Below are positions 9,630 to 22,200 of a stretch of DNA of 64,000 nt, one piece after another. Origin of the DNA: an archaeon (GTDB lineage Archaea; Nanobdellota; Nanobdellia; Woesearchaeales; UBA9642); assembly GCA_020057295.1 (NCBI GenBank), contig JAGVGF010000001.1, positions 32,001 to 96,000 on the forward strand. Direction: 5' to 3'. A program made the position numbers and the translations under genes. The stretch's first letter is position 1; each line of letters starts with the position of its first letter. The notes beneath the pieces were generated by a model, which ran no database searches, was not told the DNA's origin, and saw only the letters and a list, made by a program, of their open reading frames with translations.

Positions 9630-9692
9630 ATATTAATTTTCTATTTTTTTATTTTGATAAAACTTTATAAATTCTAGTTTAATCATGATACT

Positions 9693-11897
9693 ATGTCTAT
9701 TAATACAAATCATTATAAGAAAATACTTGTAACAAGCGCGCTACCTTATGTAAATAATGTTCCACATTTAGGCACAATGATTTGTGTAATTAGTGCTGAT
9801 GTATATACAAGATTTCTTAGATTAATGCATAAAGATGTGATTTCTGTTTTAGGAACAGATGAACACGGTACAACTAGTGAAACTAAAGCAATAGAGGAGG
9901 GTTTGACTCCTAAACAATTATGTGATAAATATTCAGCATTACAGAAGGAGATATATGATTGGTTTAATTGTGAATTTGATTGTTGGGGAAGAAGCAGTAG
10001 CAAAGAAAATGCCGAGACAACAATCGAAGTATTTAATAAATTACATCAGAATGGATATATTTCTGAGGATACACTTGAACAATTATACTGCGAACAGGAT
10101 AAGAGATTTTTAGCGGACAGATTTGTTGAAGGAGAATGTCCTAAATGCCATTACGCAAATGCTCGTGGAGATCAATGTGAAAGTTGCGGAAATTTACTTG
10201 ATGCTAAAGAACTTATTAATCCAAAATGTAAAATCTGTAAAACTAAACCAATTGTAAAAGCATCAAGGCATTTATTTATTGATTTACCAAAGATAGAGCC
10301 AAAATTAAAAGAATGGATGAAATCTGTAGAGGGTGGATGGTCAGGCAATGCAAGAACGATGACCGAAGCATGGTTAAAAGAAGGCTTAAGACAACGATGT
10401 ATAACAAGGGATTTAAAATGGGGCATAAAAGTTCCATTAAAAGGTTTTGAAGATAAAGTATTCTATTCATGGTTTGATGCACCTATAGGCTATATAGGAA
10501 TAACAAGAGAAATAAAATCTGAAAATGACGAATGGAGAAAATGGTGGTTTAATAATAATGAAGTGAAATTAGTTCAATTCATGGGCAAGGATAATATACC
10601 ATTTCACACAATATTATTTCCAGCATTTTGTATAGGAACAAATGATCCATACACTTTAATGAAAGAAATAAGTGTAAATGAATATTTGAATTATGAAGGC
10701 GGACAATTTTCTAAGAGTAGAAATGTTGGAGTATTTGGCGATGATGCACAAAGTACAGGAATACCTGCAGATGTATTTAGATATTATTTAATGATTAATC
10801 GTCCGGAAAAGAGCGATACAGAATTTTCATGGAAAGATTTCCAAATAAAACATAATGCAGAAATAGTAGGAAATTTAGCAAATTTAGTCAATAGAACAGT
10901 TGTATTTTTGAATAGAAATTATGAATCAACAATTCCTGAGTCATCATTAGAAGACAAAGATCAAGCATTACTAGAAGATATACGTGCTATAGAAAAAAAG
11001 ATTTCAAATCTAATAGAAACTATAGATATTAAGGAAGCGTTAAAGGAAGTAATGCATATCTCAAAACTCGGTAATCAATATTTACAAGATAATGAACCAT
11101 GGAAGAATCCCGATAAGCAAAGAAACGCAACAACACTTGCAGTACTTGCAAACATTGTTAAGGATTTAGCAATATTAATATCACCGTACATGCCACTTGC
11201 CGCAAATAGTATTAAAGAACAATTAAATATTTCGAGACTAGATTGGGATGATTTAGGAAAATTAACATTACATCCAGGACATAAGATAAGTAATGCACAA
11301 TTACTGTTCAAAAAAATTGAAGATAAGGATGTTAATGAATTTAGAGAAAGATTTTCAGGGAAAAGAAAAAAATCTGAAAATAAAGAATCTGTTAGCACAT
11401 CTTCAAACGCCGTAATTGGTTTTGATAAACTACAATTACGTGTAGCAAAAATTGTTGGAGTAGAAAGACATCCTAATGCTGAAAAATTATATGTAGAAAA
11501 GTTAGATTTAGGCGATGAGTATAGAACAATAGTTTCAGGACTAGTTCCATATTACACGGTTGAAGAATTATTGAATAAGAATATTGTTGTTGTAACAAAT
11601 CTTGAGCCAGCAAATCTTCGAGGGGTAGAAAGTAACGGAATGCTGCTTGCTGCTGAAGAAAATGGGGTTGTAGGATTGTTAACAACACAAGGCGAACCAG
11701 GAGATTATGTATATATAGATTCTATGAATAATGTAAAATTGGAAACCATTAAAAATTTACCAAAGGTAAACATTAAAGAATTTTCTACAATAAAAATTTA
11801 TGTTAAAGATAAAAAAGTATTATGTGAAGGTAAAGAGTTGCAAACATCTAAAGGATTATTAAGTGTAGAGAAAGTTAATACAGGCAATGTAAGATAA
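9693..11897 (+). CDS. metG: Methionyl-tRNA synthetase with C-terminal Trbp111-like tRNA-binding domain
   Basis: TSALPYVNNVPHLG, GTDEHG, Zn knuckles, WFDAPIGY, GKDNIPFH, FSKS; C-terminal HPNAEKLY..RTIVSG..GVESNGMLL. Confidence 0.98.
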   Translation: MSINTNHYKKILVTSALPYVNNVPHLGTMICVISADVYTRFLRLMHKDVISVLGTDEHGTTSETKAIEEGLTPKQLCDKYSALQKEIYDWFNCEFDCWGRSSSKENAETTIEVFNKLHQNGYISEDTLEQLYCEQDKRFLADRFVEGECPKCHYANARGDQCESCGNLLDAKELINPKCKICKTKPIVKASRHLFIDLPKIEPKLKEWMKSVEGGWSGNARTMTEAWLKEGLRQRCITRDLKWGIKVPLKGFEDKVFYSWFDAPIGYIGITREIKSENDEWRKWWFNNNEVKLVQFMGKDNIPFHTILFPAFCIGTNDPYTLMKEISVNEYLNYEGGQFSKSRNVGVFGDDAQSTGIPADVFRYYLMINRPEKSDTEFSWKDFQIKHNAEIVGNLANLVNRTVVFLNRNYESTIPESSLEDKDQALLEDIRAIEKKISNLIETIDIKEALKEVMHISKLGNQYLQDNEPWKNPDKQRNATTLAVLANIVKDLAILISPYMPLAANSIKEQLNISRLDWDDLGKLTLHPGHKISNAQLLFKKIEDKDVNEFRERFSGKRKKSENKESVSTSSNAVIGFDKLQLRVAKIVGVERHPNAEKLYVEKLDLGDEYRTIVSGLVPYYTVEELLNKNIVVVTNLEPANLRGVESNGMLLAAEENGVVGLLTTQGEPGDYVYIDSMNNVKLETIKNLPKVNIKEFSTIKIYVKDKKVLCEGKELQTSKGLLSVEKVNTGNVR

Positions 11898-12034
11898 TGC
11901 TGAAGATAAATTTAGTTAAATTCTTAGGATATTTTTTATAGCCATAAATTATATGTTGTTATATGCTTAAAATAGCAATATTTATAAATATAAAACCTGA
12001 GTTTTACATTAAATCGTTTAAGTGAGGGTGTGAG

Positions 12035-15000
12035 TTGAGAGTTAAAGTCTTAATATTACTATTTGCAATACTTTTAAGCGTGAATATCGTTTCTGCTACT
12101 CTGCTTATCAGAGGAGTATATGGAAGTGCAGAATTAAAAGGATATAGAGCTGCAAACGATACTGTACTAATTAATTTAACTTCTACAAGTGATGTAACAT
12201 CACCTAATGTTAGTTGTACTAAAATCGATGGTACTAATTATAATTGTATAATTACGGATTCTGCTTCTAAATCAATAATGTCATATCCTTTAAACAATAC
12301 TAATGGTGATTCAGCAACAGCCAGCATCAGTGTTGATAATAACATTGGTAGTGTAAGTTATACCATAAGTAATAGTGGTAGAGACATATTATTAGAATAT
12401 AATATACAAGATCTTGGATTCAATACTAATAATATTTGTTCAGGAATAAGTTCAGTAGATATATATGATGGTCAAAGCGTGATAAATACTATTTATATTA
12501 ATGGTTCGACTGGAACATGTATGTATACTGGCAAAACAAATTTAAGTATAGCAAATTCTGGTACTAGACCTATATCATTATTTGTTAAGGATAATGTAGG
12601 AAACACCAGAACTACTGTGCCTCAAAATGTTAGTGTAGATGTTAGCAATCCAATTATTAATAATGGTTTAGGAGTTAAATATGCTGGTAGAGATGAAGAG
12701 ATTGAAACAATAAGTAGCACAGCATCGTTCCTAGTAGATGTATATTTCAGTTTTACTGAAGATAATCCATCAAATATAACTTTAGACTTAAGCAATATTA
12801 ATAATAATCCAGCAATACAGTACGTTTATAGAAATTATGATGTTTCATTAAGTAATTGTCAAGTTAACACTAGTGAAACTATAAAAAGATATGATTGTAT
12901 ATTAAGAAGTATCCCGATGAAGACTTCTAGCAACACATTAAATATTAATGTCACAGTTTCCGATGTATTCGGAAATTATGAATCATCAACATTAACAAAA
13001 TCATTCACCATAGATGATGTTGTTCCACAAGTTTCTATACAGACAGATCATTGTGATACAAAAGGAAGATGCTATGTGAAGAATGGAATTAATAATTTCA
13101 CACTTAAATTTAATAAACAAAATTTTGATAAGAAAATGGTTTTCTTTAACGTTCCAGGATCCATATTTGGAATTAATAGGGTACAGAATTGTACAGCGGG
13201 AGAATGTACTGCAAGCGTACAATTAACATGTAGCAGTAACGAGTTTGAAGTTAGGATAACAAGTCAAGGAGCATTAATAAGTCAAGATGATGCAGGAAAT
13301 GTCATAGCAGATTATTCTACAACAATATACTGTGATAATAATGCTCCAACAATAGAAAATATAACTGTTAATAGTGTAACATCATCAGTATTGCAAGATG
13401 TAGTATCTGGAAGTACAATAACATTAACTGCTGCAGTTTCAGAATTTGAAAGTGATGAGATACTTGCATATGCGTGGCTTGATTTATTAAAAAATAGTAC
13501 GGAAAAAGGAACATGCGTTAAAAGAGGAAATTATAATGTAACATGTACATGGACCGTGAGTAATATTAATGCAGGATATTATCAAGCTAATGTATTATTC
13601 AATGTTAGTGATATTGCAGAAAATACTGCACAACAATCATATTCATTCAAAGTTTTTGGATTTAAAGGAGATAATGAAACTCCAGATAATATTGGAATAA
13701 GATTAAAGAATGTTTATCCAGAACAAATAAATAGAGTTGTATTAGATATGGCTACAAGTAATGCTATACCATATTATGTTTACGCAACATACGATTTAAA
13801 TGTTATTAAAGGTAATGAAATTAGTGTATTATATCAAAATATTGACATAAGCAAATGTACATACGTTGGAAGTTTAGGCACTGTAGGTGCAAACAACGTA
13901 TTTAGTGAAGTAAAAATAAATAATCCTTACGCCAAAGTTGATGAAGTAGGAAGAATAGACCTAAAATTTAATGATAATACCGATCCTAACATTCTAGATA
14001 ATGATTTTATTATATCATGTAATGTTTCAGTAATTGTTAAGGAAGGAAATGATATATTCAAAAACCCTCAACAATTACAATTAGATATTCCATTCACTCT
14101 TATTAACACAAAATTATGTAAAGTCGGTGAAGATTGTACTCCAGGAGCAGTATTTGGACAAAAAATTAAGGAAGTTGAAGATAATTGGCTTGTAAAAGCA
14201 GAATTAATGGGTACATTAAATAAATGGATACCAAAACTACAAAGCATATGTAAATTAAGAGATTATTTTGCAATGGCTAAATTTTTCACAAACTTAGCAA
14301 GTGTGGCAGCAAATGCTGTTGATATCTCATTAGGAACTGGAGGAACAACAGGACAAGGTCCAGTAAATGCATTCATACATATGAATGTAATTGATCAATG
14401 TTTATCAGGACCAAAAACAACTCCATTGACTGACGATACTTTGAATATGATGAAGGATAGAGATCCAAAAGCTTATCTGTCTGCTCTTCAATGGAATGCT
14501 CAGCTTCAAAATGAAAAGGATGCTGCTGATAAATGTTCTGGAATCATTGGTGATGCATGCGACTTTTTAAGTTGTAATATCGCTGGTCAGATTAATGGTT
14601 CAGATACAACTGGTAAAATTCCTGACCTTTTTGGCAAGGATGAAAAGAAAGGATTTGTAGAAAAATTCGGTTCTGAAGCAGCTTATGCTATTGATAGAAA
14701 TTCTGATGTTCCTGATGTAAGTAATAGTATGATGGCTGCTGTAACAACTAAATGTTATCCTGCAATGTATTATAATTTAAATAAATGGAGACAGACAGAT
14801 TGTAATTATTTATATTGTTTGAAGATGGCTTCATATTCTGGAACGGATATTGCTGCATGTGATAAAGCTAAGTTCGCTCAACAATGTTCAACAGTAGTTG
14901 GTGAAGCATTTGAATTACCAATTGCACGTAAAGTAAAGAATTGGATGAATGGTGCATCAGACTTAGTTAAGAACTCATTCCCATTAATGTTAACTTCAGG

Positions 15001-16870
15001 AATAAAGAGGGTAGCATGTGGACGATATATTAGTTTTGATACTGCTAAAGGAATAGAACCTCAAAGTACTGAAGCACAAACATTCGGAATATATGCATGT
15101 CAGATACCATTACAAGTAGCAACATTCGTTGACATGACAGCAAGAAATAGACGTAGTGCAACATTCAATTATCCAGAAATTCCAGATATGTGCGAATATG
15201 CTCAATGTATTGGAGAACCGAATTGTAAACATGAACAAGATTTCTGGGATACATTAAACAGAATGAACATTCCAGTAGCAAGAAATATGACATCACAATT
15301 TGAAAAGAGTCAGAAAACTGCAGAAACAAATAGAAATATTGTTGATTTAAGAAAATTGAGAGGAATGGAAGCAACAAGAATATTATCTCCTAATGACTTT
15401 AAACAAGCGGACTATGATAAATTAGTTGCAGACTTAAAGAGTAGAAGCATCATATCAAGTACATACGGTTCAGCTAGAAATGCACAAGTTTCTGCTATAG
15501 ATACACAGATAGCTAGTAAAAAGGCTGAGTTAGCAAATTTAAATAATGTAGGAGATTTGCCTTACACAGGAAGTGGTTCTAATAGAGCTGAAAAAGCTAA
15601 ATTAGAAGCTGACATTGCAGATTTAGAACGACAAAAAACTTCTATAGATGTTAACACAGATGCAAACATTAAAGAAGTTAGCGCTGAATTACGTAAAAAT
15701 TTAGATTGTAAAAAATCTTCTACAGGAGATTGCTCTACAGTTTTAGGATATTCTGGTACGGGCGACACTACTCAAAGAAATCTTGCTTTAACAATGACTG
15801 ATGCAGAATATCAAAAATTACCTATTCAAGATAGATTATTCATAGATGATCAAAGAAAACAAGCCGTAGATAGATTAGATGCATTGAATGAACAGTTAGG
15901 TGGCAGTGCATTGAGATATCACGAGAATTTACCAGATGAAGTAAAAGATCAATTAGCTGAACGTAAAGGATTACTTTCATCAATGGGACTGTGTGGTCCA
16001 GGAACTGCTCATACAGATTGTGACGCGTATAATATAGAATTAACTAAATCCCCGGCATTATATACTGATATGCAATCTAAAGTAAAAACTCGTAAAGACA
16101 ATACTGATAAATGGGTTGAAGTCAATAATGCTTATATTAAGGCTGAACAATTTGGTTCTACACTGCAGACTGCATTACAGTTCTTGCACGGCCAAAACAT
16201 GTTGAATTGGATGTTTACTAGTTACTGGACTGAAAAATGGTTTGGTAAAGATTATAGTTCATACTTAGACTTTGATAAACGTAAAGAATCAATATGTAAT
16301 CCAGACAATCCAACAAATTTTGGAGATATACTTGGAACACAGGAAGGTTCTGAGGGTAGTATTATAAGTTGTAACGGCGGAAATTGTAGACCTGTATTAA
16401 CATATGCAACTGAAAGAACAGAATTAGAATATCCTAATAAAACAAGATATAACATTTACACTGTAGTATATTATATCGATAGTGGTGATCTAAAAGGTCA
16501 TGACTTAAATTATACTGTAGTATTCAAGGGTGATGGTATAACAATAAAAGGTTATAGAAGAGGAGTTCCATTAAAACCTTACGATGTTAAGAGTGTACAT
16601 AAAGTATTCAAGACAAAAGCAGTATTAAATCAGATTTGTATTAAGTTTGGAAAACCAGGATTCCCTGTAGGAGAATTATCTTCAGAAATGGAATATTGTA
16701 GAGAAATAACTTCAAACACATTTAGTACTGGAACGCCATGGAGTCCAGAACAGGAAGCCGCATCTACAGGAAACTTTGACGAGTTTGATGACGAAGGAAA
16801 CATAATTAGCAGAGGCAGGAATAGTGGAAGTACAGGTGGTAGTACAGAACCGCCAGGAGTATTAGAATAA
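12035..16870 (+). CDS. Giant secreted Cys-rich protein (Ig-like repeats, hydrophobic/Cys-rich helical core, coiled coil, C-terminal beta domain)
   Basis: TTG start after GAGGGTG; N-terminal signal peptide; paralogous to 19250-22522. Confidence 0.8.
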   Translation: MRVKVLILLFAILLSVNIVSATLLIRGVYGSAELKGYRAANDTVLINLTSTSDVTSPNVSCTKIDGTNYNCIITDSASKSIMSYPLNNTNGDSATASISVDNNIGSVSYTISNSGRDILLEYNIQDLGFNTNNICSGISSVDIYDGQSVINTIYINGSTGTCMYTGKTNLSIANSGTRPISLFVKDNVGNTRTTVPQNVSVDVSNPIINNGLGVKYAGRDEEIETISSTASFLVDVYFSFTEDNPSNITLDLSNINNNPAIQYVYRNYDVSLSNCQVNTSETIKRYDCILRSIPMKTSSNTLNINVTVSDVFGNYESSTLTKSFTIDDVVPQVSIQTDHCDTKGRCYVKNGINNFTLKFNKQNFDKKMVFFNVPGSIFGINRVQNCTAGECTASVQLTCSSNEFEVRITSQGALISQDDAGNVIADYSTTIYCDNNAPTIENITVNSVTSSVLQDVVSGSTITLTAAVSEFESDEILAYAWLDLLKNSTEKGTCVKRGNYNVTCTWTVSNINAGYYQANVLFNVSDIAENTAQQSYSFKVFGFKGDNETPDNIGIRLKNVYPEQINRVVLDMATSNAIPYYVYATYDLNVIKGNEISVLYQNIDISKCTYVGSLGTVGANNVFSEVKINNPYAKVDEVGRIDLKFNDNTDPNILDNDFIISCNVSVIVKEGNDIFKNPQQLQLDIPFTLINTKLCKVGEDCTPGAVFGQKIKEVEDNWLVKAELMGTLNKWIPKLQSICKLRDYFAMAKFFTNLASVAANAVDISLGTGGTTGQGPVNAFIHMNVIDQCLSGPKTTPLTDDTLNMMKDRDPKAYLSALQWNAQLQNEKDAADKCSGIIGDACDFLSCNIAGQINGSDTTGKIPDLFGKDEKKGFVEKFGSEAAYAIDRNSDVPDVSNSMMAAVTTKCYPAMYYNLNKWRQTDCNYLYCLKMASYSGTDIAACDKAKFAQQCSTVVGEAFELPIARKVKNWMNGASDLVKNSFPLMLTSGIKRVACGRYISFDTAKGIEPQSTEAQTFGIYACQIPLQVATFVDMTARNRRSATFNYPEIPDMCEYAQCIGEPNCKHEQDFWDTLNRMNIPVARNMTSQFEKSQKTAETNRNIVDLRKLRGMEATRILSPNDFKQADYDKLVADLKSRSIISSTYGSARNAQVSAIDTQIASKKAELANLNNVGDLPYTGSGSNRAEKAKLEADIADLERQKTSIDVNTDANIKEVSAELRKNLDCKKSSTGDCSTVLGYSGTGDTTQRNLALTMTDAEYQKLPIQDRLFIDDQRKQAVDRLDALNEQLGGSALRYHENLPDEVKDQLAERKGLLSSMGLCGPGTAHTDCDAYNIELTKSPALYTDMQSKVKTRKDNTDKWVEVNNAYIKAEQFGSTLQTALQFLHGQNMLNWMFTSYWTEKWFGKDYSSYLDFDKRKESICNPDNPTNFGDILGTQEGSEGSIISCNGGNCRPVLTYATERTELEYPNKTRYNIYTVVYYIDSGDLKGHDLNYTVVFKGDGITIKGYRRGVPLKPYDVKSVHKVFKTKAVLNQICIKFGKPGFPVGELSSEMEYCREITSNTFSTGTPWSPEQEAASTGNFDEFDDEGNIISRGRNSGSTGGSTEPPGVLE

Positions 16871-16872
16871 AA

Positions 16873-19236
16873 ATGAAATATGTTACAAGTAAAAGAGGCA
16901 ATAAGAAGTTCAATAATAAAGGTCAGATAACAGTATTTATAATATTAGGTATAGTAATATTATTTATTGTAGCATTAGCAGTATACTTACAGCAATCAAA
17001 TAATCAAGTAAGACCTCCAGTACAACAATTAGTAGTTGATGAAGAAGTAAAACCTATTCAATTATATGTTACAGATTGTTTAACATCCACAGCTAAAGAT
17101 GCATTAATAAGATTAGGACAAAACGGTGGATATATTGATGTTACTGGAATGAGAATAGATCCTAGACCATACAATTCTGATGTATTGCTGTTTGAACCTC
17201 AACAAATGCCGTACTGGTATTATTTGAAATCATGCACACAATCTAAGAGTGGATGTTTAACCATAAGAAATCCTCCAGTATGTAATAACGGTGTTGATTG
17301 TGCTCTACCATACAAAGGTCCTGGAAGTATGGAAGAACAATTAAACAAATATATTGAGACACACATAGGAACTTGTATAAACAATTTTGCACCATTCAGT
17401 GAAAGATTTACCGTATTACCCGGGGAAATAAAAGTCGACAGTAGAATTGCGGAGACGGATGTAGGTTTTAAGTTAGATTATCCATTAAAAGTATTGGTTA
17501 AAGGATCAGACAGGCAATCAAACATACCATATTTTTATACTTCACATGATATAAAACTGAAAAAGATATACACATTTGCTCAAGAGATTAGAGATGCAGA
17601 AGCTAATTACACATTCTTAGAAAGAAATACATTAAATTTAATCACAATATATTCAGGAATAGATTCAGCTAAATTACCACCAGTATCAGGTATAGAAATG
17701 TTCACTTCAGGAAAAAAATATTGGATAAGAACAGAAGTAAAACAGAAATTAATGAATGATATATTACCATACACTTTATTACTTCAGATAATGAATGCAG
17801 GAAATGCTAAAACACTAACGAGCAGGAGTACAGATCCAAAATATATCACTTTTGAAGATGGATTATACAAGAGCATGAATTTAAAAGTTTCTAATAATAC
17901 ATATTTTGATTTAAACGCAAATATATATTATCCTCCAGGATCAGACATATACTTTAGAATAGGTAATAGTGAAGTTATTAAGCCAAAAAATTTTGATGCA
18001 GGAGATAGTATAATAATGAAGTTAGTAAATTTTGCAATGAGTGATTACAGTTTCAAATATGATATAACATATCCTGTAATAGTAAAAATTAGTGATCCAG
18101 ATGCCTTTAAAGGTGAAGGATTTACATTCAGTTATGCAATGCAAGCAAATATAAGACAGAATGTTCCAGTAAGTACTAATATAACTGTGGTAAGTGTTGT
18201 GGGTTCACCATCAATAGATTTAGAAGGAACACTGCAAAAAACTAACAGAACCATAAATATAGACACATACGATAAATATACAAAAAAACCTGTAGATGGT
18301 GTAATAATATCCTACAAATGCGGAGAACAATATAGTATAGGACAAACTGTAACAAAAAATAATAAAGCAGTATTACAAGATAGATTCCCATTCTGCGAAT
18401 TTGGTGGAGAAATAGTTTATGAAAAAGCAGGATATATGAGTGGAGCAATAGATTTTGACAATCCGGAAGGTTCAGATGAAAAATATTTTAGAATAGAATT
18501 ATGGCCTCTACAAGAAAAACATGTTAAAGTGTATAAGAGAACACAAACGGATATTAACAAAATCAGAAGAAGTGGTGTTGGAGGAATAGTGTTATATGCT
18601 ACATCATATACTAATATTACACCAAGTGAGAATGTGTTCTTAAACATTGCTAGAATTAAAGAGGATTCAAGAGATGGAGATGTTCCGTTAGTAGGATTTA
18701 TGGTATATAAACATAATAATGTTACTATAAGAACCATTACTAGGCAAGATCAAATCGATCAAATTAATAAATTATTTAGTGAAGGATTAATTGAGCAAGC
18801 TGTTAAGGATTCAATGCTAGCGGATTTAAATTTATTGCCTAATAATCCCGTGCAACAAATAGTTCAAGATAATCAAGAATATATTATGGACTTCGTTCCA
18901 GGCACATATAATATTGATGCATTTACAATGTATAATGGACCAGTAACTGTGGCTGCAGAAACAAAAACATTCTGTCCAGTACCAAAAATTTTAGGAATAT
19001 GTGTAGCTGGAGAAAAAACTCTAAACTTACCACAACAAAATTTTAGTAGTTGGATTAATGGCGGTGTAAAAACCAGCGTAGTATTAACAGAAAACGATGT
19101 ATATAGTAATAATACTTTAGTAATATTTGTTGCTGAAATGCCCTTGCCAACAAATTGGGACATGCTCGAAAAAAGTCCTACAATAGAAGATTATCAGAAA
19201 GATAAATTAGCGTTATTAAGACCCACAGTAGAGTAA
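16873..19236 (+). CDS. Large class III signal peptide (prepilin-like) protein
   Basis: NKKFNNKG|QITVFIILGIVILFIVALAVYL; YVTDCL..LGQNGGYI..MPYWYY; paralog of 23917-26244. Confidence 0.8.
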   Translation: MKYVTSKRGNKKFNNKGQITVFIILGIVILFIVALAVYLQQSNNQVRPPVQQLVVDEEVKPIQLYVTDCLTSTAKDALIRLGQNGGYIDVTGMRIDPRPYNSDVLLFEPQQMPYWYYLKSCTQSKSGCLTIRNPPVCNNGVDCALPYKGPGSMEEQLNKYIETHIGTCINNFAPFSERFTVLPGEIKVDSRIAETDVGFKLDYPLKVLVKGSDRQSNIPYFYTSHDIKLKKIYTFAQEIRDAEANYTFLERNTLNLITIYSGIDSAKLPPVSGIEMFTSGKKYWIRTEVKQKLMNDILPYTLLLQIMNAGNAKTLTSRSTDPKYITFEDGLYKSMNLKVSNNTYFDLNANIYYPPGSDIYFRIGNSEVIKPKNFDAGDSIIMKLVNFAMSDYSFKYDITYPVIVKISDPDAFKGEGFTFSYAMQANIRQNVPVSTNITVVSVVGSPSIDLEGTLQKTNRTINIDTYDKYTKKPVDGVIISYKCGEQYSIGQTVTKNNKAVLQDRFPFCEFGGEIVYEKAGYMSGAIDFDNPEGSDEKYFRIELWPLQEKHVKVYKRTQTDINKIRRSGVGGIVLYATSYTNITPSENVFLNIARIKEDSRDGDVPLVGFMVYKHNNVTIRTITRQDQIDQINKLFSEGLIEQAVKDSMLADLNLLPNNPVQQIVQDNQEYIMDFVPGTYNIDAFTMYNGPVTVAAETKTFCPVPKILGICVAGEKTLNLPQQNFSSWINGGVKTSVVLTENDVYSNNTLVIFVAEMPLPTNWDMLEKSPTIEDYQKDKLALLRPTVE

Positions 19237-19249
19237 GAGATAAATTAAT

Positions 19250-22200
19250 ATGAAACGTTTAGATGATATGCTCCGTTTAAAGAATTTTATAAGATACTTT
19301 GCTATATTCTCTATATACTTAATTATTTCATTAACATTTATTACAGCACAAGCATTAGCAGTATTAACATATGATGTTAAGGGTGATGCAGGAACTGCAG
19401 GATTTGTTCATGGTAAAGATTCTTTAGGTTTTGGAGATAATATAGAAGTTAATGTAAAAGCAGATGTTCCTAACGTTAGTTTTGTAACAGCATCTAATGA
19501 TGAAATTCCGTTATCTTGTTCAAATAATGGCAATATTAGTGATTGCGTATATTATTTTCCTCAATCAGATATTCCTTCAGGAATATCACATGTACAATTC
19601 AAGTTAAGACAAGCTGCCCCAGGATTACCATCATTAATTAATGGAGAATTCTATATTGACACATATAGTCCAACAGGAACAATAAATGCTGTCAAAAGCA
19701 GTAATGGATTATTAGTATCTTACACAACACAAGATTATCTTACTAACACAGGAGAATCTGGATGCCAAGGTTCAGGCATAGGACATGTAGAGGTTATAGT
19801 TCAAGGTTCAATAAAATATTCTAGAGATATTACTACAAAAAATTGTACTGTTAATGATACATTCTACGTTAATATGACTAATAGAAATGATGATAAAGTA
19901 TTTTATTCAATGAAAATATTAGATAGAGCTGGCAATGAGTATAATACGGAACAACAAAATATTAGTGGAGATTTTAGAGCACCATTAATAACCGGTCCTT
20001 TTAAGATAATGCAAGGATTAACAGAATTATCTTCCTTCTCCTCAAGTGCAGATGTAACTGCGAACATAGTATTTACTATTGATGATAGAAATTTGAATGA
20101 CAGCACAGTATATGGCGATTTATCAAACGTTAATAGTAATCCTGCAGTAAGTTATGGTTATAAGAATGTAAAAGCATCATGTAACAAAGATAACAGTCAA
20201 ACATCTTATATATGCACATTCAGCAATATTATAATAAGACCATCAAACAGTACTCTTAGAATAATGGTCAATGCGACTGACACTGATGAAAATACTATGT
20301 CTACATTTCTTAATTCAAAAATTCTAACATTAAAAGATAACGCCGGTCAAGTATTATATCTTGGACCAGATACAACTCAATGTACAACAGACTTATCAAG
20401 ATGTTTCACAAAAAGTGGTAGAAATTTATTTTACATAGAATTAGATGGCACATCAAGTTTCAATAGAACATTATTAAATTTAGGTGTTGATGGTGAAAAA
20501 AGATTTGCAATATGCAGATTTAATGATCCTATCTGGAAATGTGCAGCCGTATCAGATGTACAGAATACTTCTAGCAGTATTAATTTGTATATGGCAGAGT
20601 CTTATGATGATTTTGGCAATGCAGTAATTACAAGTTTAGAGAGAAATATAGATGTTGATGATATTGCACCAGAAAATATTACGGTGTTAACTGTTGCTAA
20701 CAGTAATAATAATATTAATTGTTCAGTATCTGGAGATACATTAAGTATAAAGCTTAAAGTTAAAGAAGCAAATCCAGAAATAAAAATCTTTGTTAATACA
20801 AGTACATTTACAACAAAACCAGTTCAGACAGGAACATGCACACTTACTGGAACTTCATGGGATTGTGTATTAAATATTAAAGATTTTGTATCAACACCAA
20901 CAAATATTGTTGAAAATATTGTGTTAAAAGATTTAGCAGGAAATACGAGATCAATTCCATTTACATTCAATGTATGTCAAAGTTCAACAACAGCAACACC
21001 AGATGTTATATCAAGTGTTACTCAAAATAGTATTCCTTCAATAGATCGTAGAACAGCAAGTTACATGCCTGTAAAAGTCTATATTCCTGTAACAATCAAC
21101 AATGATCCTTCATCGACATTGATGTATCTAACAGTAGATAGATGTGTTGGCGGTAATATCGGTAATAATTTAGATTTCATGAAAGGTAGTGGAAATTATT
21201 TTTTCCCAAAATATGGTTCTAGTTCACAATTAGTATTAAGTGTAGGATATAGTGGAGCGATAATGCCTGAAGGAAGTGTAGATATAAACTGTACAGTGTC
21301 AGCTCGAGTAAGAGTTGGAGGAACAGTATTCTTAAGAGATGAAAAAGAAACGTTCACAGTAAAAGTTAATGCATTCAACAATCCATTAGGAACTCCAGAT
21401 TCAACAACAATCAGTGAACTACAAGCTGTGAAAGCACAATTAAGAGACATCGAAGCTACAGAAAAAAAATATGCCGATATTACAGGATTTTTTGATACGA
21501 TTTGTGGTATAGCAGAACTGCTAGGAACAATAAATAGTGTTGTGCAAGCGATTAGGGGAGTAATATGGGGAGTATTAGTGGTTCTTACATCAACTCAAAT
21601 ATTAAAAACTGGAGCAGAAGGAATTTGGAAGGCTATCAATCCATCACTTGGAGGATTCCATAGAATAATAGAAAACTATGTATGGCCTACAGGAATGTTA
21701 AATTTTAATTTTGGGATGCTTCTTAAAGGAGTATGTTTTGTTTACACATGTAAACATTTAGACTTCGGATCATACTTAAATGTAGGATTAGAATTTGGTG
21801 GAGGTGCAAATCCTTTCAGTAAATCTTTAGGACATACTGGCGGTAATTTGGGCAATTATCAATATATGGGTAAAGATTCTTTTCTTGACAGCGATGTTTC
21901 ATACAATATAGGAGGAGCTAATGCAGAACGCATGGTTAATGGTATTAATGCTCATCAATGGCTTGTCAATCCATATAGAAGCACACATTATGATGATACG
22001 TGTATGCCTGCAATATTGTTCAATACAAGAAAAGAAAAACAAATTAATTGTTTATATATGTCGTGTTTGCAAAATAATGTTAAAGCAGGATTGCCTGTGA
22101 CAGTATGTAAAAGGCAGAAAGCTATAGATTCATGTTTATATCTAGAGAGTGCAGAATATAAGTTAACAGGAGATAGCGCATTTGAAGAAATGTGGAAAAA

